A DNA stretch of 62,715 nt, filler included, from Stramenopiles sp. TOSAG23-2 (Eukaryota): NCBI GenBank assembly GCA_900128395.1. It is 46 parts of 46 records of this genome, joined end to end, with 100 filler letters (N's around TTAATTAATTAA, not from the genome) between each part and the next. Parts side by side here need not be neighbours in the genome. Positions count along the whole stretch, not along the records: positions 46,511 to 47,770 come from LT653320.1; positions 47,871 to 49,130 come from LT653321.1; positions 49,231 to 50,489 come from LT653322.1; positions 50,590 to 51,848 come from LT653323.1; positions 51,949 to 53,207 come from LT653324.1; positions 53,308 to 54,566 come from LT653325.1; positions 54,667 to 55,925 come from LT653326.1; positions 56,026 to 57,284 come from LT653327.1; 38 more parts are not named here. The stretch is one strand, 5' to 3'. The notes beneath the pieces are model-generated. The model saw only the letters and a program-made list of their open reading frames with translations, did no database searches and was not told where the DNA came from. A program made the translations under genes and the position numbers. The first letter of the stretch is position 1, and the number at the start of each line of letters is the position of its first letter. Positions 47,029 to 58,790 of the stretch are shown piece after piece.

Positions 47029-47870
47029 AAAGGATAAAATTGTAAAAAGGGAAGAGGCGAGGATCTAGACGACTATATATTAGTTCTTTGCAACAGTGTT
47101 TTTGTTTTTTATTTTTAAAAGTTTTACCTCTATTAGGTATAATGAATATAAATATTTTTAGGAATTTTTAATAGCACTTTTTCTCACACTCTCTGTTAAC
47201 ATCACATGCTCTTTTCCTCCCTGCTATCCAGGCTATACTATTTTAATTTTAGTCCTGATGTCTCCATGCTAAATTCCCGACACCTAAACCGTTGGAAAAA
47301 AAAATACAAATTGTAAAATCTGTACGTTGATTTATTAAGTAATTTAATGGGAAATTATAATTTAGATGAAGAAGATTTAACTGGTATTCCAAAAGCGTAC
47401 AAATATAATGTGATTGAGGAAAGGAGTATTGGGTTGTGATAATACGTAACATATATATGTTGTGGGGAAAAGAGAGTGTGATTTTTAGTATATTTTTATA
47501 AATATTATCACGAACTCGTTTGTATATATAACTAAAAATTTCTATAAAATATCAATATGCATCATCTTACGTGCATTTTAAATATTTGTACACATATTGG
47601 AATATCATTTTCGAATTGGTATTTCCCTATCAAAACTATAGATATTAGTATAGTTATAATGTACCTGGAAATGTAGCATATACATATATAATAATTTCAA
47701 TAATGTTGCTATAAAATAATAATTATAAAAAACAAAATAAAAAATGAAAGAAAGCAAAACAACGTAAAAGNNNNNNNNNNNNNNNNNNNNNNNNNNNNNN
47801 NNNNNNNNNNNNNNTTAATTAATTAANNNNNNNNNNNNNNNNNNNNNNNNNNNNNNNNNNNNNNNNNNNN

Positions 47871-49129
47871 TCTACATTTTTACTATTTGATGGTGGAGGT
47901 GGTGGCGGTGGCCTGCCACTTCTACCACCACCCCCACGAAAACTGCTAGGAGGACTTCTTCTACCACCCCCTCCACGAAAACTATTCAGAGGATTCGGGC
48001 AATTTTTACTAATATGACCCCTTCCTCCACATTTAAAACATTCTGCCTCTGGGCATTGACTAGCTCTATGCCCAACTTTTCCACAACAATGGCATACCAT
48101 ATTATTATTTGAATTATCAGAAGCTCCTTTCTTTGGACAATCTTTTGATATATGTCCAAATTCCTTGCAGATGTAACACTGCACTCTATCTAAATTTGGA
48201 CAATCGCGAGACATATGTCCCTTTTCTTTACATTTAAAACATACCCTATCTTCCATATTAACAAAATTACTATTACCGGCTTGTTCGTTATTCCCGGGTG
48301 CTTGGGTCAAGCTTCCTGTCCCACCAACGACAACGCATGCATTTGGCATTGGTGGATTCAAGAGTGCTTCCTCCTCTCTTTTCTTCCTCTTTTCATCTTC
48401 CTCCTTTTTGAATTTTAGAAAATCTTTGTACAAAAGATCGCGCCTTACGCGATCTTGTTCTTTGGCATATTTAATCCACCCCTCTTCATCATTACCATAA
48501 TTAAAAAAATCACTTACATCTGCACCTTCGGCTCTCCACGGCTTTTCCTCCAAGGCATTTATATCTATATCAAATGCAGTTTTCAAACGCCATGGTTCCA
48601 CTGCAAATAATGGATCATATTCCACACCATCATCATTCTCCAAAATTTTTCCACCGACGTTGTTTCCAGCACTAAATGCACTTTTACGCCTTCCTTTGTT
48701 GTCTTCTGCTTGGTTTAACTCGTCACCTGTAATATCAGTAGTAGCAGCGCCGTCATCCACAGGTGCGGTTCCTTCCGATATATTATTATTAGTATCTTTA
48801 GTTGTATCGCTATTTACAATATGATCTGATCTTTTCCAGCTGTTCCTTGCACCGCTAACACGACTGCCAAAACTAGATCTACGATGAAGCTTCCTACTCG
48901 ATGCAGCGGTTGTATCTCCAATTATAATTTCGACATCTTCATCATCGTCAGAATCGCTATCCGAGGACTTATCGCCTTCATCATCATCGCCATCCTCAAC
49001 GCCACTAACAATATTTTTTTCTCCTACATTCTTCTTATCGTTCACATTTACATTTGCTGTTATCGACGACGATTCATTAGCATTTCCCTCTGCAGGTGAA
49101 ACCATCATCATCGTGCTACTAGTATCATT
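47871..49129 (-). CDS. FIP1: Pre-mRNA 3'-end processing factor FIP1 with four CCHC zinc knuckles (truncated)
   Basis: Acidic SDSDDDEDVEIII; Fip1 motif FDIDINALEEKPWRAEGADVSDFFNYG.DEE.W..Y...Q; 4 x CX2CX4HX4C; RGG/Pro-rich tail. Confidence 0.92.
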
Positions 49130-49230
49130 GNNNNNNNNNNNNNNNNNNNNNNNNNNNNNNNNNNNNNNNNNNNNTTAATTAATTAANNNNNNNNNNNNNN
49201 NNNNNNNNNNNNNNNNNNNNNNNNNNNNNN

Positions 49231-49890
49231 GAAGCTGGTTTTACGGAAATCATAGAAAAGATTGATGATAAAAAAGCAAATACAAATAAGAAGAAAAAGA
49301 ACCAACAAAAACGTCAATTCGATAAAATTGTTACAGGAGGGACATTTAATAGTATTTTAGGCCAAAAAGCGTCTAAATATAGTGGCATTGGTTCTAGTAT
49401 TGACATACAAATGTTGTTTAAAATGCTTAATCTTCGTAAATCTGATGTCTATAAAAGTGTAACTTCATTAGAAGTTTTTGTTTCTACAGCACCAAGTAGC
49501 AAAGATGTACCAATGCAACAGGACAATAAAAAGGATGGTGGTAATTCTAATAATATTAGTGGTACTGCTGGTTTGAAAAATATAAATTCTTCATTATCTG
49601 AACGAATACGTTTGGTAAACAAGTTGCGACAAGAAAATATTAGCGCTGATTCTGCATATGAATACAGCCCAAGTACGACATTTCAAAAAGAATTAGCTTT
49701 TAAAAGAAAGGCAAAATATTTATTGGAAGTCAGTTATATTGATAGCAACAGTCGAACAAAGAACATTAAAATGGGCTTATTGAAATATAATGATACACTA
49801 ATTAAAACGCTAAAAAGAGATTTAAATAAAGATCCGGATTGGGTAAATTTTAATAATATAGAAGAAGTTATAAAGTATTTGAAAAATTAA
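49231..49890 (+). CDS. GCN2: eIF2-alpha kinase GCN2-like C-terminus (HisRS-related anticodon-binding region)
   Basis: Open from contig start: IVTGGTFNSIL...GIGSSI, EVFVS, ERIRLVNKLRQENISAD..Y..SPS, degenerate HisRS motif 3 plus anticodon-like domain. Confidence 0.75.
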   Translation, partial: EAGFTEIIEKIDDKKANTNKKKKNQQKRQFDKIVTGGTFNSILGQKASKYSGIGSSIDIQMLFKMLNLRKSDVYKSVTSLEVFVSTAPSSKDVPMQQDNKKDGGNSNNISGTAGLKNINSSLSERIRLVNKLRQENISADSAYEYSPSTTFQKELAFKRKAKYLLEVSYIDSNSRTKNIKMGLLKYNDTLIKTLKRDLNKDPDWVNFNNIEEVIKYLKN

Positions 49891-50591
49891 AAAGTGCTTT
49901 TGAGGCAAAAGAATTTCAGCCGCCATGCACAGCAGGCACTAAAAAAAAGCCGTGAGGATATTGGATAATATATATTAAAGTACACAATAAAATAGTATAT
50001 ACTATAGTGTTTTTTTTTACATTTTACATAAATAAGAAAAACTTTTACAATGTACCAACTTTCTAAAAAAAAAATACTTGTGCACGCTCACTAGAATCAC
50101 CATATCCGTGTCTAATGTTCTTAATCTATCATGAGTGGTCCATATTGATTGAAAATTTATTTCTATCTGATCGTTGTGTTCTAATTTTAATTTCACTTAC
50201 AGTTTCGGCTAAATTGTAACATTTTGCTTTGGGTTCCATTTCCATTGTAAATCCTTGCCTTCTATTTTCTCGGCAAATATAAAACACCAACCAACAATGT
50301 ATTTTTCTTACAATCCATTCGATCTTTTACCCCATCAATTGTATGGAACTCTTTGCTGTTGCCGACTTTATAAAACGCACCTTTTTTATGCGGATTTGTG
50401 AATGGCTTTCAAATTATAACAAGGTCATAACATATATTATAATATTGTTATTACCATGTGTTTCTTGCGGCATTTCTTCATCTGGTAATNNNNNNNNNNN
50501 NNNNNNNNNNNNNNNNNNNNNNNNNNNNNNNNNTTAATTAATTAANNNNNNNNNNNNNNNNNNNNNNNNNNNNNNNNNNNNNNNNNNNNTA

Positions 50592-51848
50592 GAAGGTAGC
50601 ATTCAATCTAGAATTAGTTTCAATGATGAATATAAGTACAATGCTGATCCAGAGACTTGGGATGAAACAACAACAAGACGTCGAGCCAGGGATATTGATC
50701 CACATGATTATCAAGGTGGCGATGGTGAATTTGACGAAATTATAAAACGCTGGAAAGAGAGAAGAAATAGCTCGAACGTTAAAATTGATAGTAAGAATAG
50801 CAAAAAGAAAACAAATAACGCCGATGAATTATTAAATGAAGAAAAGAATGGCATCAATACCATTTTAACGCCAGACACAACATCACGGAAACGGCCCCAC
50901 AATGGTGAAAATGCCACTAAATTAAGATTCCATTTGAAATTTGATACATTATATACATATGATGAACGTGGGAGTGTCATACCACCCTGGAGAAGAGAGC
51001 GTTTGGAATCACAAATACCTAGAATTATACAGCGGCGAGTCAAGATCATACGGCCAATGCATGGTGGCCCACCGCAATGGATTTTATATCATGATTATGG
51101 AATGGCAAACAATAATAACAGCAGTAGCAACAATAGCAGTTTGTATGACCAACAGAAGAAATTGTCTGATTCTTTAAATCGACATCGATATAAATTAAAT
51201 CAACAAGATGAAAAATATTATAATCGTTTCAATCATCAACAACAGCAATTGCACCCACGTCGAGGACACTCAAACGCAATTTTGATTAATTCCTCACAAG
51301 CAGCGGTTATATATGCACAAATTCGATTGTTGAAAAAATATTTTGAAATGTTAGTAGATTACACTAGTCGGACACGTTGGGAAAAAGCTTGTATCAATGC
51401 GTTATGTGAACGGCGTGCTGAAACACATTTACCATTTGTTTTCAATAGATGGCATTCAATGTATCGTGCAGTGCGTTGGCATCGATTGCGTCTTTTAAGC
51501 GTTAGTATTATGAATTGGAAAGAATATACAATTGAATCTCAAGAGGACTATGCGAGGATGACCCATGCGCGAATATATTTTAGATTAAAACATTCGTTAC
51601 ATGGCATTCGACGTTGGAGAGAATATACCAATAGAAAAATTGTTATGAATGAACTAAAGGAACGTGCAGATATGTATCATAGACATTTCATTAAAAGGAC
51701 ATTTTTTAAAAAATGGAATATCGCCTCAATTTCGTCGGCAATGAACAAAGAAAAGTTAGAATACGCTATTGATAATGACCGGTGGAGGGTCTTATTTTAT
51801 GCATTTAATACTATGAAAGAAAATGTTGGTATTTGTGTATGGTTCAAA
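50592..51848 (+). CDS. Sfi1-like centrin-binding repeat protein (internal fragment)
   Basis: Open across contig; repeated A..(7)..L...F..W[K/R/H] units (FNRWH, MNWKEY, RRWREY, FKKWN). Confidence 0.78.
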
Positions 51849-51948
51849 NNNNNNNNNNNNNNNNNNNNNNNNNNNNNNNNNNNNNNNNNNNNTTAATTAA
51901 TTAANNNNNNNNNNNNNNNNNNNNNNNNNNNNNNNNNNNNNNNNNNNN

Positions 51949-52561
51949 GAGCAGTTGGTAAACAATCATGTTTTGTCTTGAAAAATGATAAAATGCATTC
52001 AATAAATTGATTAGATTTTTTCAAAATTTCATTATCTTTAAATTTGCTTAAATTAATATCAGTCTGTGTATTTACATTTATATATTCTTGCATTTCTTTC
52101 AAGTTGTTATTATTTTTTAAATAATTCACATGTTCCTTTTCATCCACGAGCAAAAATTTATTTCGCAATCCCTGATGTTTTGTCTGTGTTTCAATTGTTT
52201 TATGAATGATAATATTATTTCTATTATTATTATTTGTAGTAGCAATTTGATCTAATAATACTTCCTTTTTATGTTCTACTTCGTCTAAATTCTCTTTTAA
52301 TACAATAATAATATCTTTCAATTCAGATATCAACGTATCTTTTTCTTTGATTTGTGATCTTAATTGTTTTGCTGTATTTAATGTTGCTCGAGCACAATCC
52401 ATTGCAAGTTTTCTACTAGTAATTGCTTCTTGGACGTATGAAGAAGAGGAAGGATTAGTGGGAGATTCCTTTCTGGGGATGAATAAAAATGGTGATGATG
52501 ATGGTGATTGTTTACGATTGACATGTTGACGTCTTGATGGTGTATAATAATTTCCTTTCAT
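51949..52561 (-). CDS. Coiled-coil hypothetical protein (3'-truncated)
   Basis: ATG 52561; heptad region LRSQIKEKDTLISELKDII; TQT motifs. Confidence 0.7.
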
Positions 52562-53356
52562 ATTATATTTTTATTGTATTGATGATGATGTTATTATTTA
52601 CAATTTTGTGTTTATGTATGTATGTATACATGTGAGAAGAGGTATTAACATGTTGAGTCATCCATATTATATATTATAGAACACACATGATTGATTTCAT
52701 TGATTGATTTTCGTTAATTAATTTCTCCACTGGCTGTATTATTAAATATAACATAATGCCAGTACTGTACTAGTCGTCTACCAGCCACCTACCACCTGGT
52801 GGTATAATATCAGGGAGTATACGTATTCGTTTATTTCATTTATTGTCCTTACTTTTAAAAAACAAAATTCTTGTAAATAATTAAAATATAAAATATAATC
52901 TTGTAAATATATAATCCTCTCCTGCACTCCTCTCTGGTTGAAAATTGAAAAGCAATATACTTATATATACAGTATATTATAATTGGTTTGATTATATATA
53001 TTTTAATAATTAAATTATAATATATATATATATTCACTCGTATATTCGTATATAAAAACAAAGAGTTTATTTTATCGTATGCATATATAAATAATATTTT
53101 TAATATATCCTAGACACATATTTATAATAAAAATATCATTATACTCTGTGGTAAATATTAACTTATGGCTCAATTAATGGTTTGTACAAAGTTGGTTTTC
53201 TATCTTGNNNNNNNNNNNNNNNNNNNNNNNNNNNNNNNNNNNNNNNNNNNNTTAATTAATTAANNNNNNNNNNNNNNNNNNNNNNNNNNNNNNNNNNNNN
53301 NNNNNNNTTCTCATTGTCGTTATCCAATTTAACTTTCAATTTTCCATCCTTACGGG

Positions 53357-54566
53357 AGGGCATATATATATATTAAATATTTTACTTTTCCATTATTATA
53401 AAATCAAAAAAAAATTCCGGACAAAAAGACATATATCACCTCTCCTTTTATATAATATAACATTTTTACATTTTTATATTTTAATATTTTATGATTCTAA
53501 AACCAACTACGACTCCTATTTACAAAATTTTGGTGGTGGTTCTGTCGCATTAAATTCTGTTGTTGCAGCTGCTGCTGTTGTTGACTATACAAAAACCTAG
53601 CATGTGCCGCACCAACTCGTAAACTATGTGTTCTATATGGTGCTAATCGACTACTTGATTTATCGATCCATTCATCCCATACATTCGGCCATCCTTCATA
53701 ATGTATTAAAACTTGATCATCTTTCACATCTAAAACGACAGATTCATACCAATCACCCATAGTATCTTTACAATCAATAATATCGCCATCTTCAAAATCT
53801 CGAAATTTTCGTTGTGCTTTCCGTTTATTTTTACGTTTTATACTATGTAAGTGCAATGGTGCTAATCGCTCAGGTGATTTTACCATTAACTCGTCAAAAT
53901 TACTATTCCAACCATCAAAATGTACACGAACTTGATCATTACCATGCATAGCTATAATTGTTCCCTCATACCAGCGACCAAATTTATCTTTTGCATCCAG
54001 CTTCGTTCCAACTTGTATCTCCTTTAACCATGATCCTGTATGTGCTGCCAATACAGTTTCTAAATGTGTTTTCTGGGAATTTGTTTCTTCCAATTTTTCT
54101 TTTGTTTCTTTCAATTCTTTTTTTTGTGAATATAAAATTTCTTTCACTTTATCAAACACACATTGACATTTCAAATGTGTTTCTAACTCAAAACGTTTTC
54201 CAATAAATGCACAGCCAAATTCATTATGTGTACAAGATACTTTTTCATGCTTACAAGTACGAACATGATTTTCCAACTCTGAATATTTACCAGTCCAAGT
54301 ACAGTATAATTCTTCCTCCTTCGTATCATCTTTATCATCATTTTTGCTATTATCACCGTTCTCCTCCTCATCATCATCATTTTCTTCAATTGATTTTTTT
54401 TTCAATGATGATGATGATTTTTTTGATTTTGTATTGGCGTCACCGTCCTCATCTTCGGAAGTACTTGTTGTTGTAGTCGTAGTAGTAATAGTTGTTGTTG
54501 TTGACGAAGCATTTTTTGATTTTATAATAATGGAAAAGTAAAATATTTAATATATATATATGCCCT
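53357..54566. repeat. 55-bp exact inverted repeat (53357-53411 / 54512-54566)
   Basis: AGGGCATATATATATATTAAATATTTTACTTTTCCATTATTATAAAATCAAAAAA and its reverse complement at the contig end. Confidence 0.93.
53497..54512 (-). CDS. TRAF/Sina-type zinc finger + coiled coil + two Tudor-knot/MBT-like domains (5'-truncated)
   Basis: CTWTG...HVRTC...CTHNEFGC...HLKCQC; VGTKLDAKD..GRWYEGTI...VHFDGW...DE; GDIIDCKD..GDWYESVV...IHYEGW...WDEWI...RLAP. Confidence 0.88.
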
Positions 54567-54666
54567 NNNNNNNNNNNNNNNNNNNNNNNNNNNNNNNNNN
54601 NNNNNNNNNNTTAATTAATTAANNNNNNNNNNNNNNNNNNNNNNNNNNNNNNNNNNNNNNNNNNNN

Positions 54667-55925
54667 GTTAAATCTTTATTTTCGTTTTGTATTTTCTCGT
54701 TTTTTTGTTCTAGTTGATCAAGCTCGGCTGCACTTAACCTAGTATTGCAAAGACGCCTTGCTGATAATAAATTTAAAAATTCATAATCCTCCCCTGCATT
54801 TACTTCTGTATCCAAGGTTCGTTGGAAACCTCGAGATATCGCAATATTAATTCTATGTCGTATACGCTCAGTATCTTTTGCATCAAGATCATTTTTAAAC
54901 TCAACAGCAGTTAATTGCTCTGTAATTGGTCTTCCATATTGGTGATGCCGTACGGTTTCAAGGTGACATTGTAATTCATTAACATATCTGCTTTCTCTTA
55001 AAATTTTAAATGCATTCATTGTTGCGTACACATGATGTTCTTTTACCATTCGTTCTGGATTTTTTTCACGTTTTGCCGCTTCTTCGCAACGTTCTTTCAA
55101 CAAGCTATACGCAATTGAAATTTCTTGTCCAAATAAACCATGTCCACCAAAATGCCATAGATCCCCTTGACAAACTACAACTTCCAAGTCTGCAACAACA
55201 TTTCTACTTGTGGTATGACCTGAATCGCATTTATCACTCATTTTTTCTTTATATGTTCTACGCCGGCCATATAATGCATCGTGCAACTTAATATCAAAGT
55301 CTTCAAAGACACTTACAGCTTCCCAATCAACCTTAATGGATTTTGCTGTTTTTAATGCATCATCAATATGGTCAAACGTACATACTAGCACCCCTGGTAG
55401 CGCATCACAATAACCACTGCACATGATAACTTTACCACCATGTCCTCTTATGATTGGAATTGAAATTAAATTTAATTCATGCAATGCTATAAAGGCATGG
55501 TGTATTCCATCTTGTGCTTTTACAACGTCGAAGTTGCTTAATGCTAGTAAAAGTACAGTTTGATTTTTTACGTAGCAAAATCGTTTAACTTTATCATAAA
55601 CGGAAAGGAACATTTCGTTTCCAATGGACCGAGCACGGGATGACGTTAAGGAAACATTATCAACATTTAATTCATTTAAATCACTTTCCAATGAATCTAT
55701 AATCTTGCGTTTTCTTTCCATATCATTTTTTATTTTTTCCAGTTCTTTTCTATATTTCATGACAATTGCAAGATTTTTCTCATTACGTTGTTTAATTATT
55801 AAATATTGTCTATGAACCTTTTCATATTTTAGTTTTGAATCTTTCCATGTAGCTTCTTTTTCTTCATAATCGTGATAACTATTATGTAATTTCATTTTAT
55901 CGCTTTCATCTCCACCTCGAATGTA
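54667..55925 (-). CDS. Coiled-coil + degenerate adenylate/guanylate-cyclase-like domain (internal fragment)
   Basis: PIIRGHGGKVI, VCTFDHIDDALKTA, GDL...GLFGQEISIAYSL resemble class III cyclase fold with non-canonical catalytic positions. Confidence 0.65.
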
Positions 55926-56159
55926 NNNNNNNNNNNNNNNNNNNNNNNNNNNNNNNNNNNNNNNNNNNNTTAATTAATTAANNNNNNNNNNNNNNNNNNN
56001 NNNNNNNNNNNNNNNNNNNNNNNNNAATAAATTGTACCAGGGTACAATTCATTATACGCATAATGGATCAAGATGGGAGATGGGAAATGAAAGTGTGAAT
56101 TATTATTATATTAGTCTAAAATATTCGTACACATTATTCTTCTAATAAATTATTTTATT

Positions 56160-56480
56160 TCATTCATTTACATTTACAGTCACGGTTTCATCAAATCGTT
56201 CGTACGCTTCCTCATTTTCTACGTGCTGTTCCACATAATCAATAGGTTTGTTCCAAATCGATACACCACTGATCTTGTCAAAATAATACTCTACGCCATG
56301 ATCCGGGGTTCCGTGGTATTCGTGATCCATCCTTTTGTCCCAATCATGAGGACCGTAACGAACCGAATCGTCTACACCATACCAATCTTCATGTTCCTCT
56401 ATTTGATCTACTTCTTTTTCTCCAATTGTCACAAGATCATCTATTTCACGGATTTCCTTTTCTTTCGCAGCTTGTTTTGA
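56160..56480 (-). CDS. C-terminal fragment with WW-like domain
   Basis: W...GVEYYFDKISGVSIWNKP. Confidence 0.7.
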   Translation of the reverse strand, partial: SKQAAKEKEIREIDDLVTIGEKEVDQIEEHEDWYGVDDSVRYGPHDWDKRMDHEYHGTPDHGVEYYFDKISGVSIWNKPIDYVEQHVENEEAYERFDETVTVNVNE

Positions 56481-56490
56481 AGACATACAC

Positions 56491-57284
56491 ATGATGTCAA
56501 AAAAAGGCAAAGATTCGTCTCACCAACTTGCTAAAGAAGTTATATTTTTCGTTAAAAATAAAACGGATCAAACTGAATTCATTGAAACATTAGCTTTGTT
56601 CTTGCAAAGCAATAATAGGACCGTGCCAGCTTCTTTACATATATATAAACCTGAATTACCACGTATTTTCATGAAAGCGGATGATGATGACTTGCCGGAA
56701 AATTGGATCCCACCAGAACAACGTAAAAGGCGATTGTTGAAGTTTTCTCACGTTCATGGTGCGAAAGTCTCGCAAAATTTGTTTCATAGTTATCAAGATC
56801 CATCAACAGGGCAACAATTTTTTTTATATGCTGTTAATAAAATAATGGAAGCCTCAGTTACAGAGCTTAAAATGCCTTCCGCGCCAACTGATGATCTTAA
56901 TATAGATATATTTGCCAATGACATTGGCGTACATCATTCACAACCATTGGAGGGTATAACAGTACAATCACAATTACCAATAGAGATTGTACGAGAAATT
57001 TATCCAGAGATATCGAATTCGAAATTACCAAAACGTGTTTGTTCTAAATTAAATCATAATAAAATCGATTTTGATATACATATAGCTGATGGATCTTTAA
57101 TGCGATTGAAATTAGAAAGTCGCAAATCTGAATCAAGTAAAGAAGACATATTATCAAATTCAAACAATGGAATTAATGAGAATAATCAAGATGACGACAA
57201 TGCGGATGATAATGGAGATGATGCTAATAGTAAAAAGAAAAAATCATCATCAAGTAAGAAAAAAGGTAAAGGGAAGAGTATCTA
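56491..57284 (+). CDS. Hypothetical protein fragment
   Basis: Long open frame, globular then Asp/Asn/Lys low complexity; family not recognised. Confidence 0.75.
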
Positions 57285-57552
57285 NNNNNNNNNNNNNNNN
57301 NNNNNNNNNNNNNNNNNNNNNNNNNNNNTTAATTAATTAANNNNNNNNNNNNNNNNNNNNNNNNNNNNNNNNNNNNNNNNNNNNATATGGTTTTTGTCCA
57401 TTTAGGGCCAGAAAAGTCCTCTCTCAGATAAACCGGGTCTTATATATATATAAAATATCATTACGATGTTCGTATGATATGATTTTTTAATTTTAAAAAA
57501 CACTTTTATTTTTTACGCGCGTACTCTCCTTGCATTTATTTAATACAGTGAT

Positions 57553-58218
57553 TTAAATGTCAACTGTCATATTTGTAGCTGCAGAAGGGAAGTTTCTACT
57601 ATCGCAATATATAGAACATACCCCTTTACCTATATCACTGGCACTGCAAGGAACTAATTCTTTTGCGTGAAAGGCAGTACAATTAAAGCCACAAACACCA
57701 TACCCACCAGCAAATCCAGGGCCTACGTCAAAACAACTCATAGGTGAATTAGTTGGTCCATCAATGCTGCCAATTTTACAAGGATCTACACCTGTTGAAT
57801 TCACTTCTTCTAAATTGCAGCCAATCAAACAAAGATTTGCTCCATTTGTCAATGGAACTGGTTTTAATTTTGATTTGGCGAACGGAGAGTTTGATGGAAC
57901 TGGAGAGCAATCTTTTGTCTTTTTATCAAAACTACCAGCTGCATTAATTAAACCATATGCACCCCATGGATTTTTCCCACCATTCCACACTGCGGGACCG
58001 TTGTGATAAGGAAATGGACCTTCCACAATTAAACCACCAATTTTTTGGTCTGGATATCCATACAAAATCCCATCAATACCAGGTGGAAAATTTTCAAGAG
58101 TTGGTTCTATGTTTTGCATACCGTTTTTAAATTCACTTGTTTTGATAGATTTTGCATTTACAAATGTTACTAATAATAATGTAAATGTCGTTGCAGCGAT
58201 AACTTTCTTCCCCATCAT
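57553..58218 (-). CDS. Secreted Cys/Gly-rich protein, unknown family
   Basis: Signal peptide KKVIAATTFTLLLVTFVNA; ten Cys in the mature region; complete ORF. Confidence 0.88.
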   Translation of the reverse strand: MMGKKVIAATTFTLLLVTFVNAKSIKTSEFKNGMQNIEPTLENFPPGIDGILYGYPDQKIGGLIVEGPFPYHNGPAVWNGGKNPWGAYGLINAAGSFDKKTKDCSPVPSNSPFAKSKLKPVPLTNGANLCLIGCNLEEVNSTGVDPCKIGSIDGPTNSPMSCFDVGPGFAGGYGVCGFNCTAFHAKELVPCSASDIGKGVCSIYCDSRNFPSAATNMTVDI

Positions 58219-58790
58219 ATTGGACTTGTTTAAGATGTTTTAAAAAAATATTATAGTTGTAAAGGGTTAAATAGATGTTGAATTTATGAAAGAAGCAATT
58301 GTGTTTATATATACAATATATATTCTTACAGTTGCTTATGGATATATATTTTTGTATATACAATGGTATTGACGTGCTATTTATTTTTATTAAAATGCAT
58401 TTTGTTGTTGTTTGATGAAACAGTTTGAAGGTTGAAGGAATATATAGATATTGTGATGGGAAATGGAGGGTGTGTGACCAAAATATATTTATATAATTTC
58501 GATATATATTTTGATATAAGTAGTGTGGATATAAAACCATTTTATTTGTCGTTGCGGATTTGATTAGATTTAGTTCTGGAATAGATTTATTATATATATT
58601 TTTTTTTGTAACATTTTTTATATTATATTATTTAGTGTAATTANNNNNNNNNNNNNNNNNNNNNNNNNNNNNNNNNNNNNNNNNNNNTTAATTAATTAAN
58701 NNNNNNNNNNNNNNNNNNNNNNNNNNNNNNNNNNNNNNNNNNNCGTAAATATATTTTATAAATACACACACAACACCCTTTGTTTTCTTT

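Noticed and set aside
50088-50489. Stop-codon reassignment suggested by interrupted coding-like DNA
   Set aside because: Conserved genes end in TAA, TAG or TGA with no in-frame stops; this stretch also needs frame changes, so a pseudogene is more likely.
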